Origin: Cenococcum geophilum
Taxonomy: Eukaryota
Direction: 5' to 3'
Assembly: GCA_050273025.1 (NCBI GenBank)
Contig: CP158636.1
Location: forward strand, 186,001 to 250,000
Length of the DNA: 64,000 nt
The notes under the pieces are model-generated. The model was not told the origin of the DNA, searched no databases, and saw only the letters and a program-made list of their open reading frames with translations. The position numbers were made by a program, and so were the translations under genes. This document shows, piece by piece, positions 25,356 through 39,412 of this stretch (its first letter is position 1; each line of letters begins with the position of its first letter).

Positions 25356-28300
25356 TATAACGGAACCTTATAGTAGGAACTACAATAGGCTCGTTAATAG
25401 GCTAGGTGTATAGGAAATGTAAATATAAAAGTTAATAACGTAATAATAACTAGTGGAGTGGTTACCTAATAGATTAACTCTAATTATATTTTAAGAATTA
25501 CTATAAGGAAGGAACTATCTAGGTAGGGATTAAGGGTCCTTAAATACACAACCGTACTTCTATAAAATCCTTCTTATATATAATAAACGTATACTCTATT
25601 TACTCTATTATAGATCCTATAAATTATACAGATTATATAGATTATATTATATAACCTTAGTTACTATTCCTCGTTATATAGTTCTATCGGCTCTATTTTA
25701 GACCGTACTTATATTAACTAACTAGCTTCTTTTATCTCTTCTTTAAGTAGTTATAATATTGTACTTAAAGCGTCCGTAATACTATCTCCCTCCTCTTTAT
25801 CTTTATTCTTAAAGACTCCTAATATTTTTAAGTTATTTATTAGAGGTATAATATCCGTCTAACTAATTTAGTTAATATTATTACTTATTATACCTAAAGC
25901 AATTTCTTTATCCTTAACTGCTTAGCGTGCTCGTACTATTGCTACAATATTATCTCTAGGTAAGATTATGCTATCTCTATATTCCCGTTACTTAAAAGAG
26001 GGGTTAGTTTATATTACATTAGCGAGTCCTTTTTTATAACAACCGTCCTCTTATTTAGAGTGTACTAAAGTAAATATTTATTTATCTTATAACGTTCGCT
26101 TTGTCTTTAATACTAAGTATATATAACCTATTACTTTTAATAGTTGTCTAATTCCCTAATTAATTTGTCTTAGGGTTTTATGTTTAATTTACTGCTATAT
26201 AGCTAGATAATAAACTATCTATTACTCTTACGGAACTGCGTTATTTTCGTAATATAAAACGGAAGGCTGCTAATACTTAGTAACAGGCCCTTAAGTCTCG
26301 TCTTATGGCGTCCGCTTAGTTAATCTATCTTAAGAAGGTTTATAAGAAGGTTTATTTTAAGGAGTAAAAACTTATAAAATAAGGTTTATAGAAACTTAGT
26401 AATAAAAAAACGGATTCTCCTCTAATAGAGAAGGAAATAGATCTAAGTAGTTTAGCAACTACTCTTCTTAGGTCCCCCTTAGGTAACTCATTCTTTAGTA
26501 ATTCTTTTTTATTAATACTACCTAACCTAATTTCTTCTAATACTCCTATACCTTTCTTATAGCGTTTTTTAAATTTTCTAGTAGCTCCTAGGTAGTCTTA
26601 TTATAGCCTATTTACTTAACCTTATACTATATTTTATCGTTAACGTCCTTATAACTAATAATCTTTAAAACTTACTATTTATCTTCTTCTTATCCTCTAT
26701 ATATGTCTACTTTATAAACTAGTAGCTTAATATTCCTATATACTGGCTTTAGTATTATAATATGCTATATAGGGTAGATCTTTATTTTAGCTAATAAGTT
26801 TAACTTAAATATAACTAGTAAAATTTTCTGCGAAATTTTAAAAGGTCCTAGTCTAACGTAGTCTAACTTCTTACTTAGTTGTTAACTCTTGAAATTTTTG
26901 TATAGTAGCTATACTTTATCTCCCTCCTTAAGATCTAGTCCCTTAGATCTCTTAGCGTTATAGTACCTTTTTATTTTTTCTTATACCTTTTTTACTAATT
27001 CTATAAGGTCTATATAAAGATTTATTAGTGTCTTTATTCTTTCTTTAGCTATACTACTCGTTTTCTTTACTTACCGTAGTAATAATAATGTTCTTAGCTT
27101 ATATCCGTAATTCGCCTTAAATAGTAATATGCCTATTTCTTCTTAAGGTGTTATATTATATATAAACTATATAACTAGTAATAGTAATACCTAATTATTT
27201 TATATATGGTTAATATAATGCCTTAAATACTACTCTAGTGTCTAATTTAACCTCTTTATTTAACCGTCTATCTATAAATAATATATAGTAGAAGTTACTA
27301 CTTAAACTTTTTACTCTACTAAGAATACTTTCTAAAATACTACTATAAATCTTAGATCTCTATCTAATATAATCTTACTTAATACTCCATGTCTTATAAA
27401 TACTTCTTTAATATAAATTCTAGTAATATTTTCCGCTAATATTTCTTCTATATACGCTATAAAGTATCCCTACTTTATAAGCTTATCTACTATTACTAAA
27501 ATCGCGTTATAATCTTATCCGGTAATAGGATCTCTTAACCTTAATAACTTAATAATAAAGTTCTATAATATAACTTCCTATAGTCTCTCTGGTATTTTAA
27601 TAGGTTATAGCCCTCCGTATAGCTTATACCTTATTAGTTTATTCCTTTAATAATCTAGATATTTCTTTATTACTTTCCTTATAATATTTTAAATTCCGTT
27701 AATAATATACTCCTTTTAGAGTCTTAACACTAAGCCTATGGCCCTATTGTGTCCTTAAGTTAATCCCTTATAGAATTCTTTTATAAATTGCTCTGCTATG
27801 CTTCTTAGGATATACTTTACTTCGCGGTTCTTATATATATCTGTCTATAGATCTTCTAGCTATGCTTTTAGAATTCTTTATACCTAAAAGCTTTCTAGTA
27901 TCTTGTAGACCTTTTTTAGTTCGTTATCTTCTTAAGCCGTTATAATCTTCGGATAATTATACCTAATTAATCTATCTGTGTCCTTTTGTAGTAAAGCCCC
28001 TAATGGCTTTTTATTATTTTATAGTTTAGCTTTTTAACTTAGAGCATCCGCTCTTATATTGTCTATACCCTTAATATACTAAATCTTAAAATAGTATTCT
28101 ATAAGCATCTCTACCTATCTAACTTATCTTTAATTAAGTTCCTTTATTATTAGAAATCCTATTAGGTTCTTATAATCTATTTTAACTATAAATAGTTTCT
28201 CTATACCTTATAAAAATGCTCTTTATTCTTTTAATACTATAACTATACCTAATAACTCCTTGTTATAGATGTTATAGTTTAACTCTAGTAGTATTATTTT

Positions 28301-31300
28301 CCAACTATAGTATACTACTAGGTGCTATCTATTCTAATATTTCTATATAAAGTATGCCCCTAGTATAAAGTCTAATATATTTATTTCTATAACCGTTTCT
28401 AGTCCTAGTTAATAAATCTTAAAAACTAGCTTCTAGGTAAATAATTCTTTAACCTTCTTAAATAGCTCTTACTATTCCTTTCCCTATATCTATAGTTCTT
28501 CTTTCTTTATTAATTACGTAAATAGTTTAATATCCTTTAACTATTACGCTATAAACCTTTTACAGTAATTGCAAAACCCTAAAAATAATCTTAATTGCGT
28601 AACATTCTCTAGTTCTTACTAATTTACTATAGCCTTAATCTTCTTTAGATCTATACTAAGTTAGCCTAGTTTAATAATAAATTTAATAAAATTGGTCTTC
28701 CTTATAAAGAACTTGTATTTCTTAATTGCTACTAATATCTGTTTTTCCTATAGTCTCTTTAAGACCTATTTAACGTATTCCCCATATTCTTCCTTAGTTA
28801 TTAAGTAGATAATAATGTCGTTAAGGTATACTATAATAAATTTATCTAAGTATTCTCCTAATATATTATTAATACGCTTTTAAAACGTTGCTAATACGTT
28901 TATAAGCCCGAATTATATAACTAATAGTTTATATAGTTCTTCCTTTAACTTAAAGACTGCCTTCTATTTATCTCCTTCCTTAATTCTAATTTAATGGTAC
29001 GCCTATCTTAGATTTATCTTTATAAAGATTTGCGCGTTGCCTATCCTATCTTAGATTTCGCTAATTAAGGGTAAAGGATACCTATCCTTTCTAGTGATGC
29101 TATTTAACTGTCTATAGTTAATATATAGCCTTAGTTTGCTATTTTTCTTTAGTATAAATAGTACTAGATAACCTACTAATAACTATAATAGTCTAATATA
29201 TCCCTTTTATAGGTTTTTTTAGATAAACTCTTTTAATGCTCTACCTTCTTCTTTAGTAAGCTTATAGATTAGAAAGAACCTTAAACTTATTTCTAGTTCT
29301 AATTCTATCTTATAGTCCTATACTATATACTTTAACAGCTTCTTACTTTTTAGTAACTATAGTTTCTTACCATACTTATAGTATCTTTTTAGTATATAAC
29401 TTAAGCCTTACTTAGTCTCTTTATATATTACTCCGACCTAGTACTATACTAACTTAGCTTATTATTGCATCTTATAGTATTAAGTATCTCTAATATTAAC
29501 CTAACCGGTAATTTAATCGATCTTTAGATTATATTCCTATAACTAAGGCATCCCTAATACTGCCTTATCCCTTCCTAGTAGTAGGATATTAAAAGATATC
29601 TTAATTTATCTTCCTTTAATAGTTATCTAAATAGGTCCTGTTTTAAGGTTAATAATTCCTCCTCTATAGGCTATTAGATCTCCTAAAATCGTAACTAATA
29701 GGTAAAATTGCTCCTTCTATTTATAAGGTAGTCCTATTCTCTTAACCGCTGCTAATAAGATATAGTTTTGCGTTACTCTACTATCTATTAGCGCTTTAAA
29801 CTGCTAATTATACCATTTTACTTATAAATTTAGGTGCTGTCTTTAAATTCCTTTAAGGGTTTAAGGCTCTACCACTGGCTCCCTCTTATCCCGTAGGCCT
29901 CTACTTTTCCTAACTATTAGCTACTTAATCCTATCACACTTAGCTTACTCTTTAGCCAATATTTAGTTCGCTTTTTGTCTTTAATATACTATAGACACGT
30001 GTTCTCTGGGCATTTCTACCACTATTATCCGTCTAGGTATTTTTCTGTAAGAAATCTTCCTAGTTAAAGTATTAAATCCCCTTCCTCTTAGACCTCTGCT
30101 GGATGCTATTTATATATATATTTGGCATTCCTATACTATTACTTATCTATTATCTAGTATATCCTTATAGGGTATTTCCAATTCTTTTCCTTTAGATTTT
30201 TATACATTTCGTATATATCGTTTATATATGTAATCTATAATAGCGTATAGTGTGCTAAGTGCTTTAGGTTAACTCTTAGCTCGTCTTTATCCTTAAGTTT
30301 AAACCTTTATCGTGCTAATCTAAACGTTGTAATTTTATTCGTAGGTACTAAGATACATCTCTTACTTCTCTAGTCCTTTAATCGTTCCTTTAGATCCTTT
30401 AACGTTATAATTAAGGCTCCTTTAATATAAGTTATAGCCTTTTCTATAATTAGGTGGTCCTGGATAACTTTTTCGTTTAACTATATATAGAAATCTTCCC
30501 ACTTATTATTATATCGCTGTCTATACCACTTTTAGTATAACTATTAGAGTATATACGGCTTGTCCGTAAGAAAGTATCTTCTTATTACTACATTATAACA
30601 GCCCTTTATATATCGTTCTTTAAACCTAGTAGGAATTCCTAAATCCTTTTTATCTTCTAGTTTAGTAAGCTACTTAGCTCTTAGTATGCCTACTCTCAGC
30701 CTATTAGTAATTCTTTATACTAGTACTCTATCCCTTATACGTCCTAATATGCTAGATCTCTTATCTAGTTTCTGTTCTTGCTATGCGATAATTCTTTATC
30801 TAAACTCTTCTATAATTTCTTTTAGTTTACGTCTTATAGATTAATCCTTAAAGTCTTCTTACTTCTTAATCTTGGTATTAACTTTTAATCTTTAAGCCGA
30901 ACACTATGTTCCCCTAGTAAGTCTTCTAGGTCTATATACCTATCTCCTAGTCTAATTACTATTTGCGCTGCAGATTCTCTAATCTATAAAGAAGCTCCTT
31001 GCCTCTTACTTATGGGTGTCTTAATTTATACTCCAAATTCCTGGTCCCTTAGATTCTTTAATCCCAAGCTTACTTCTAGCTTAAGCTTAGCTCCAGCCTT
31101 AGTCTAACTAGGCTTGCTTAGTGTTCTTATCTTATCTTAAGAGTCTTATACCTTTAGGAAACTTCGTCCTAAGCTTATTTATATATTACTAAACTAAGCC
31201 GCTACTCTACTCTATCGGTTATCGTCTATTGTAGGTCCTTAAGCTTGCTTTATCTCGTTTTAAAAATCTTAGTTATCTTACATCTCGTTATAAGAATCTT

Positions 31301-33302
31301 AAGCCTTTAGCCTTTTGCCTTTATCGAGTGCTAAAGTGACTTACTATCCTACTTCTCTTACGTCTTATAAAGCGATAGACATCGTATCTAGTGGGGTCTT
31401 AATCCCTACTAATGTTCCCTGTTCTATAGTGGAATTATCCTCTACCTCTAGTGTAACATCTTTAATAGCTATGTGTTTCCTAGTAAACCGCCTTTATTGC
31501 CTTATTATTATAAAATACTTCGCCTTTATTAAATTTATTGTCCTTAATATCCGATCTGCAAGCTAGTTCATTGGTTTCTTAATATTTTAGTAAACTTGGC
31601 TCCTATAGCTAATAGCTTACGCCGTATTTAGCGTCCTTATAAATTCGGTATACGTTATTATAATAAAACGTAAAACTTTTAATTAAACATTCTTTTGTTC
31701 CTTGTAGTATATTATTATCCCTTTATATATATATGTCGTCTACTAGTCTTATCCCTTTTACTATATAGTAACTCTAACTACTTCTATAGTCTCTAATATA
31801 ATAACCTTATTTTCCGCAATTTATATAAGCTCCTTTTTTAAACCATTTTTCTTATTATAGAGTCCGCCTAAACGTCTTCTGCTATTAAGATCCCTGGTTT
31901 AGCCTCTGCTCCTTAGACCTTTAATTACTTAATCCTTATCCTCTAGGTTTTTATAGTCGTTTACTCTATTTCTTATAGGCTTCTTTTATACTACTTAGGT
32001 CTATTAGCTCTGCGCTATACTATAGTTTTTAACTTAGCTTTAGTTGTTGTATACTTTACGCCTTATATAACTATAGAACTCTATCCTAGCCTCTTTTAGC
32101 CTATTCCCTTTAGTAGATCTAATTATTAATCTTAATTACTTAATCTATTAGTTCCCTTAGGATATCCGTATCTTTTATTAGGATAATTATATCCTAGACT
32201 TTAGCCTTAAGTCCTTGTTTATACTATACTATAAACGCCCTATTATTCTACTCTACTTATATTACTAATGTCTAGAACTACGTTATATACTTAATTGCTA
32301 AGGTTTATTACATAATATTTTAGAGTTTTCTTTCCGCTATAGTTACTGCCTCTAGGTCTCTAAATATCTATATAAGTTGCTCCATAAACCCTTCCTAGCT
32401 TAAAAACATAAATTACACCTCTTAATTAGTAGTCGTTATTCTATTTACTTATATCTCCGTAAGGTAAGGCTTAAACTATTTAAGTGCCCTTTCTGTTAGG
32501 AATAGTCCTATATACGCTATTCAATCTATAGGTATTACTAGCTTTACTCCCTCTTACGTAACCTTAAAGTATATTTATGTAAAGAATCCTTTAAGCTTTA
32601 ACTTCTTTCTTAAGAATCTTTTAATTAATAGTAACTTAACCTTTACTGCGCCTATTCTGTTAATCCTATTTTCTAACGTTATATTATTTTCTATTAACTA
32701 GTTAACTATCTCTTATAGCTATCCAACCGTTATAGGTTACTGTAAGTTAGTATCTACTATACTAGTATCGTTACCTAACCTTAAAGTAGTTGCCGCCGTC
32801 AATAGCGTTATAGTGGCTGCTTTTAGTGGCATGTTATTTAACTTTCTATATTAATACCGTAACTGGGTAGTGATTATATAATAGAACCTTATAGTAGAAA
32901 CTATAATAGGCTCGTTAATAGGCTAGGTATATAGGAAATATAAGTATAAAAGTTAATAACGTAATAATAACTGGTGGAGTGGTTACCTAATAGATTAACT
33001 CTAATTATATTCTAAGAATTACTATAAGGAAGGAACTATCTAGGTAGGGACTAAGGGTCCTTAAATATACAACTATACTTCTATAAAATCCTTCTTGTAT
33101 ATAATAAACGTGTGCTCTATCTACTCTATTATAGATCTTATAGATTACACAGATTATATAGATTACATTATATGACCTTAGTTACTATTCCTCGTCATAT
33201 GGTTTTATCGGCTCCATCCTGGACCGTGCTTGTATTAACTAACTAGCTTCTTCCGTCTCTTCTCCAAGTAGTTGTAACATTGTACTTAAAGCGTCCGTAA
33301 TA
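25356..33302 (-). mobile_element. Full-length Gypsy/chromovirus family A, RIP-inactivated
   Basis: 426-bp LTRs at 25356-25781 and 32877-33302. TSD GTAAC at 25351-25355 and 33303-33307. PPT next to 25781. gag ATG at 32832, protease ALIDSGA (~29775-29795), RT YLDD (~28818-28829), RNase H ETDASD (~28370), integrase and chromodomain down to ~26510. Confidence 0.97.
25890..26430 (+). pseudogene. Antisense Cys-rich (Zn-cluster-like) plus coiled-coil ORF in the 3' region of Gypsy A
   Basis: RIP-reversed GEIMxSPCSRCxKRGLVCIALASPxSRQPSSCxECTKANIRSSCDVRS, then a probable short intron and a charged helix. Homologues at ~15400-15900 (-) and ~38370-38850 (-). Confidence 0.6.
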
Positions 33303-33628
33303 GTAACTCCGTCCTCCTTATAACCAGGTCAGTGTTATATCTATAATATTATAGTTAATTACTATAGGCAGATCTAAGCGGGCCTTGGCCACCCCCTACT
33401 GCGGATTAATATTAATAGAGAGGTAGGAACCGGTAAATTATATCTTATTACTATCCTCTCTACTACGCTCTATAATATAGTAAGGGCTAATAATAAGCCA
33501 ATACCATTAGCTTAAGCGGCCCCTATTAGGGTAATTGCCTTTAATATTAACGGCAAAACTATATATAATCTATTAAGGTTGCCAGTAAATCGCCCATTTA
33601 AGAAATTGCCTGCTGCTAGTCTTACGCC

Positions 33629-33830
33629 TGTCACAGCGACTCAGTCAATCGAGGCACGAGCGCCGTAGAACGTATGCAAGCCTGTACAATTGGTAGTCTA
33701 TTGACCCGGATATCAAGATGAGGAGCAGAAGAAGGTCGTGGAAAGGACACGTCTATATACATGGAGCCAAGACGTAAGCGAACCCCCCTGACTAGGCCTT
33801 ATCCAGGTTACGCGCGTCAGTGCCGTAACA
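33629..33830 (-). mobile_element. Solo LTR (202 bp), essentially unmutated
   Basis: TGTCAC...GTAACA termini. Perfect TSD ACGCC at 33624-33628 and 33831-33835. CA/TG dinucleotides are retained. The reverse complement starts TGTTACGGCACTG, like the Gypsy B LTR. The Helitron helicase frame resumes after it. Confidence 0.93.
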
Positions 33831-36091
33831 ACGCCTCTATAGCAAGCTTTTAAGGATATTTACTATCTCGTCCTTAATAAGAAATTTATAATTAGGCAAG
33901 TATATCTAGCCTAGATTAATCGCCGCCTTTATTAGATCTACCCTATATATAATAACAACTACTTTAGAGGCTTAAATATCTTACTAGTAGGCGATTTCTA
34001 TTAGCTTCCCCCTATAGGTTAGGCGGTCTTATATAGCAATTTACCCGCTAAGCCGTTAGAGCTCGCTAGCTATAAAAAGGGAGTCTATAAGGCAATTAAC
34101 TAAATAGCTATCCTAGATTAAGTTATATAGTAGGGTAGTAATAATACTAAAAGCTTTATATTTAGGACAGCCCTTATAGAGCTATGTAGTAATTCTATAA
34201 GTAATTTAACCTAAAAGCTTCTTTTAACTAGGTATAAGCAGGGCCTATTTACTAATAAGGTTATAAGCTTTAAAAATATAATTCGGCTATATAGCACGCG
34301 CGCTGCTATAGGTAAGTATAATACTATTTGGCTTCACAACCTTTTATAGCTAGTAGTGGTTATTAAGTTAGTTAATACTAGTGTAGGTACGCGGAAAGTT
34401 ACTCCTAATTAGCGCGATACTATAGAGAATCTGGCCCTATATATTAGCGTAAAAGTAATGCTAATATAGAATATCTAGGTTAAAATGGGCTTAGTAAACG
34501 GTACTACTAGTATAATTAAAGATGTCGTATAAAAGGGATACGCGGATATTAAAAAGGATTAGCCTTAGTTACTACTAATTATAGTAAATAGGTATAACGG
34601 ACCTACCCTATTTACTTAGTAGGATAGTAAGAAAGTCGTCCTTATATTTTCCGTGCTTCGTAAGTAAGAGAGTATAAGAGGCTCTTACTTATGGCGTCAA
34701 TTTCTAATTACTTTAGCTTTTGCTCTTACTATATATAAAAGCTAGGGCCTAATACTTAACCGGGTGGTTCTAGATATTAAGGAAAAGGATAAGACAGCTA
34801 GGCTAACCTATATAGCAATCTTATAAGTTAAGAAGCTTTTAGGGCTTATATTTAAACGTGGGTTTAATATAAAACAATTTTAGTTATCTATAAGTAAGAC
34901 TAAAGAGGTATAATAAGAATATTTTTATATAGAGGCAGCAGTAATAACTTATAAACAACTTTTCCTAAATAGGAAATTATATACTGGCTTAGAGGTAAGC
35001 GGAGAATGTAGCATTTATCTTAGTTTTCTAATTTTTAAATAGCTTAACCGCGAAATCTAATTTTCTAAATTTTAACCCCTCTATCTGTCTTACCTTCTTA
35101 CTGCTTTTAGAGCTGTTAGATATATATATAATGATATATAAGGAGAATTAATAGTCTTACCGGATTAATATTGCTGCTATCTATAGCGTTAATCGATTTT
35201 TAGAATTTTTTAAGTTTTTTTTAAAGGGTGGAAATGTCGCTTATATAAGGAGTTACGTAACCTCCAAGAATACATACTATTTAGGACCGTATATTAGCAG
35301 CTATAACTTCTCTACCCTATAGTTAAGATTTTATATATACTGCACCTAGAGCTACTTATAATAACTATTACTTATAAATCTGCCGATTTATAAATTAAAA
35401 ATTAGATATAGTTAGAGCTATTAGTAGGGGTTATTAATCGCGCTCCCCGTAATAAAATTTTGGATTTTAGTAATCTAAACTAATAAATTAAATTAAAAGT
35501 TCGGAACGTCTAAATAAGGTTCTACTAAGACGCTAGCTAAACCCTAACCTAGACCCTTTCTAACCTATTAAATTCTAAAAATAATAACCCCTATTAAATT
35601 AAAAATCAAGCTATCTAATTAGATTTAATGGTTCTTTATTATTTAAGATATAGCTAAAACTAACGAGGTATAGTAGTATATCGACCTATTTAAGAAGAAA
35701 GATAATCTTCTAAATCTTCTAAAGCTAAAACTACTAAGTTGGCCTATACTAAGGGACATACTACCTATAGCTATATTAATAGTAAAGCTAGACCTAAACT
35801 AGCTTACTACCTATAACTAGCTCTACGCCGAATATAAGGACGATTTATGTGTATACTAGAAGCAAAAACAGGCTATAAACAATATTAATAACTATATCGT
35901 TTGCACTACATTGGTAGCCTACCTTCCACTTATTAACAGCCTTAGTAGTTAATTACATTAAATATTTAAGGCGTCTCTACTACTATAGTAGCCACTATAG
36001 TAACAGAGACACCCTATATTTTAGTAAGTAATTAAGCCCATCTTATATAAGAATCTTATACTATTAGTACTTACTAAATTACATACTTATA

Positions 36092-36569
36092 GGGCCTCCT
36101 CCCGTCTATAAATACTCCCTCCTCTATACTTTCTTCTCTTCTTCTTTTTTCTTCCTTATAAGAGCTAGAGGTGCTCTAATACCCCTCTCTAGTCCCTATT
36201 AAGGGATTTATTAGTTAATATAGTAATATAAATAGTATTAGACGACGAGACGGGCGAGAGAGGATAGGAAAGACGGAGGAGCCTCTAGTATATATTAGTT
36301 AAGCAATATTACTAGCTATATTATAGCCGCCTAATCTCCTATTTACAGGCTTCCTCCCATCTATAAATACTCCCTCCTCTATACCTTCCTCTCTTCTTTT
36401 TTCTTCTTCCTTATAAGAGCTAAAGACGCTCTAATACCCCTTTCTAGTCTCTACTAAGGGATCTATTAGTTAATATAGTAATATAAATAGTATTGGACGA
36501 GGAAATAGGTAAAAGAGGAGATAGGAAGAACGGAGGAACCTCTAGTAGGTATTACTTAAGCAATATTAA
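36092..36569. repeat. Tandem duplication of about 220 bp in the Helitron 3' region
   Basis: 36092-36311 is near-identical to 36348-36569 (ggc.tcctccc.tctataaatactccctcctctata...aagcaatatta). Confidence 0.9.
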
Positions 36570-37313
36570 TGGCGGTTTTTGTTACCCAAAAATTGCTTTA
36601 TATAATAACATTTAGGAACGCAAATATATACCCCCGTCTTATACTTACACCACTACTAAATATTTTAGATTTTATACTCGGAGCTACTTATAATAGGCAT
36701 TCTTAGGAGATTTACCGGTTTAAAGCTCTATAATTAAACGTTATTAACGTTTTATATAGAGGTTGTTAATTAAGCTCCCGGGACACAATTTTTAAAGTTT
36801 AACTCTATACCAATATTATAACCTTTTTATAGTGGCCGAGCTACCCCCAATCTCCTCCCCCTCCTCCCCCCTCCCATTACTTAGCGCTAAGCTATTATAT
36901 TATTACTAAGCTATCGTATTCCAAACTAGGTAGGCAATAACGTAGTTACTTAATTATATTAGGCGTCTCTATATATAGTTATATCTCTTCCTATACACGT
37001 ATTTAATTAAGTTAGGGTAGTAAACTTACTTTAATTCCAGCTATACGGCGATTTAGTTATTAGGCATTAAAAATATTTAGTATATAAAACTTTAAATTAG
37101 AATTATAATCTACTATATTAAATCCTATATAGAGGGCTCTGTATTAAAGCTCTATAGTTTAAATATATACTAGATTTATAACTAATATAATCCTTAAGCC
37201 CAGCTTAAGTAGGGCGCCTTAGTCACTATAGTAGATCCTTACCTAGCAGTAACTAAGGCGCCTTAATCTTACTACTACTTCTAAATTAAGTAAAAGCTCT
37301 ATATAGGGGGGTC

Positions 37314-37332
37314 CCAGGGGGTCTCCCCCTGG
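37314..37332 (+). other. GC-rich hairpin, candidate Helitron 3' termination signal
   Basis: CCAGGGGG-TCT-CCCCCTGG is a perfect 8-bp stem, lying shortly before Gypsy integrase sequence resumes at ~37447. Confidence 0.7.
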
Positions 37333-37446
37333 AAAACCTTATCTCTATATATATTAATTAAAGTCTATATAATAAAGCTCTAAAATTAATTAGCTTATAA
37401 ACTTGGGTCAAAATTTACGTTAGGGGATTAACGTTCTGCATATTAG

Positions 37447-39412
37447 CAGTATTTTAAAAGGTATTTCTAGCGGAATAAGAAGTTAGAGCAGCAACTTTTA
37501 CTATATATTATCCGCAGATAGACAGATAAATGGAAAGGTTAAATTAGACGCTAGAATAGTATCTAAAATATTATATTAATTATATATAGAATAATTAGGT
37601 ATTATTATTACTAGTTATATAGTTTATATATAATATAACACCTTAAGAAGGAATAGGTATATTACTATTTAAGGAAAATTATGGATATAAGCTAAGAATA
37701 TTATTGTTACTATAATAAGTAAAGAAAACAAGTAGCATAGCTAAAGAAAGAATAAAGAAATTAATAAATCTTTATATAGACCTTATAGAATTAGCAAAAA
37801 AGGTATAAAAGAAAAAAAAAGGTACTATAATACTAAGAGATCTAAGGGACTAGATCTTAAGGAGGGAGATAAAGTATAGTTACTATATAAAAATTTTAAG
37901 AGTTAACGACTAAGTAAAATATTAGACTATGTTAGACTAGGACCTTTTAAAATTATATAAAGGATTTTACTAATTACGTTTAAGTTAAACCTACTAGCTA
38001 AAATAAAGATCTACCCTATATAGTATATTGTAATACTAAAGCTAGCATACGGGAATATTAAGCCACTAATTTATAAAGAAGATATATATAGAGAATAAGA
38101 GGAAGACAAATAGTAAGTTTTAAAGATTATTAGTTATAAGGATATTAATAATAAAATATAGTATAAGGTTAAGTAGATAGGCTATAATAAGACTACCTAG
38201 GAACTATTATAAAATTTAAAGAATACTATAGGAAAGGTATAGGAGTATTAGAAGAAAATAGGTTAGGTAATATTAAAAAGAAGCTAAAGGTAAAAGGATT
38301 AATTAAAGGTAATAGATAAGCTAGGTTATTTAAGGGATCTACTACTAGTATATAAACTATTTCCACCTCTTCTAGATTAGAACCCTTTTTAGCCTCCTTA
38401 GCCTTAAGCTTAAATAAACATTACTTTACTAAATAAAGCTCTTTTAAGCGCACCTTTTTATAGACTTTTATTAAATGGCTTAGGCGAGTATAAGCATCTA
38501 GTTAAGCTTTTAGAGCCTAAGACGCCTTATTTAAATAATATTAAACTTTAGTAAGGGCCTTAGCCAGCTTACTCTTTAGTCTTTTAGCCGCTACTAATAT
38601 ATATAACCCTAAAGGAAATTAAATAAGGAACTAAACGGTTATAAAGAATAATAAGATGCGTATACTTAGCGTTAGAGACGGATTAAATATTATAAGATAA
38701 TTGCATATTTGCTTACGTATATTTAGTATTAAAAAAAGGTTAGTAATTAGATGGAGACGTAATTATAATATATATTAACTTCTTCTCTATATAATAAGAA
38801 TAGGACGGTATAACTTTACTAAGTAATAAAATTAACGTCACTAGCTAGTTATAACGATTAGATATAAAGGATCTAGTAAAAGGTATTAGGAATAATAAAA
38901 GTTATTAAATTAAAGATGGGAATGCTATACCTTTAATAGATAACTTAAAGATAGGAGATATCTTTAAGGACAAAGATAAAGAGGAGGGAGATAGTATTAC
39001 GGACCTTATATCGGCAATAGTGCCACTACTAAAAATAGACATAAATAGGTTAATTAAGATAGTATAAGAGGCACTAGAACTAATTAAGCTATAAAATAAG
39101 GGGTAGCTAAGTTATATAGCTAGTTATGTTATAAGTTCGGAATGTAGGAACGTAGGAATATGGGAACGTAACGTACTAACGTACTAATGTATTAATGTAC
39201 TTAACCTTTACTATAGGGAGGAGTTATATATTTAAGGACATACGGTCTTTATAGATAGTTTCTCTTCTTTATAGTAAATCTTAGAATATAATTAGAGTTA
39301 ATCTGTTAGGCAACTACCCCACCAGTTATTATTATATTGTTGGCTTCTTTTTACCTATATACCTAGCCTATTAATAAGTTTACCGTAATTCCTGCTATAA
39401 GGCTTTATTATA
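37447..39412 (+). mobile_element. 3' fragment of a diverged Gypsy A relative (integrase, chromodomain, antisense ORF, 3' LTR 38995-39412)
   Basis: FWKVFLAEQ...TSTAYHPQTDGQTER, GPFKI and a chromodomain. PPT gaggagggagatag. The LTR 3' half resembles 16300-16463 while its 5' half has diverged. Confidence 0.9.

Larger units (their letters stand above)
16464..37370 (+). mobile_element. Helitron (Rep/Pif1 helicase), split by three LTR insertions
   Basis: Rep part: AFPTLFPYG (~17363), LFFTLSAAD (~17742), YEWQARGSGHVHGFLW HUH motif (~17970-18018), then YVGKYCSKEE (~24450) after Gypsy B. Pif1 part: DGEAGTGKS (~33415), LVLDEKSMIG (~33867), GDFYQLPPV (~33990), GLVNG (~34488), ALTVHKSQGLTL (~34721), YVAISRV (~34809). 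A 3' GC hairpin lies at 37314-37332. Both termini are approximate. Confidence 0.9.

Noticed and set aside
31315..31566. 83-aa plus-strand ORF
   Set aside because: It is antisense to Gypsy A gag and has no independent support.
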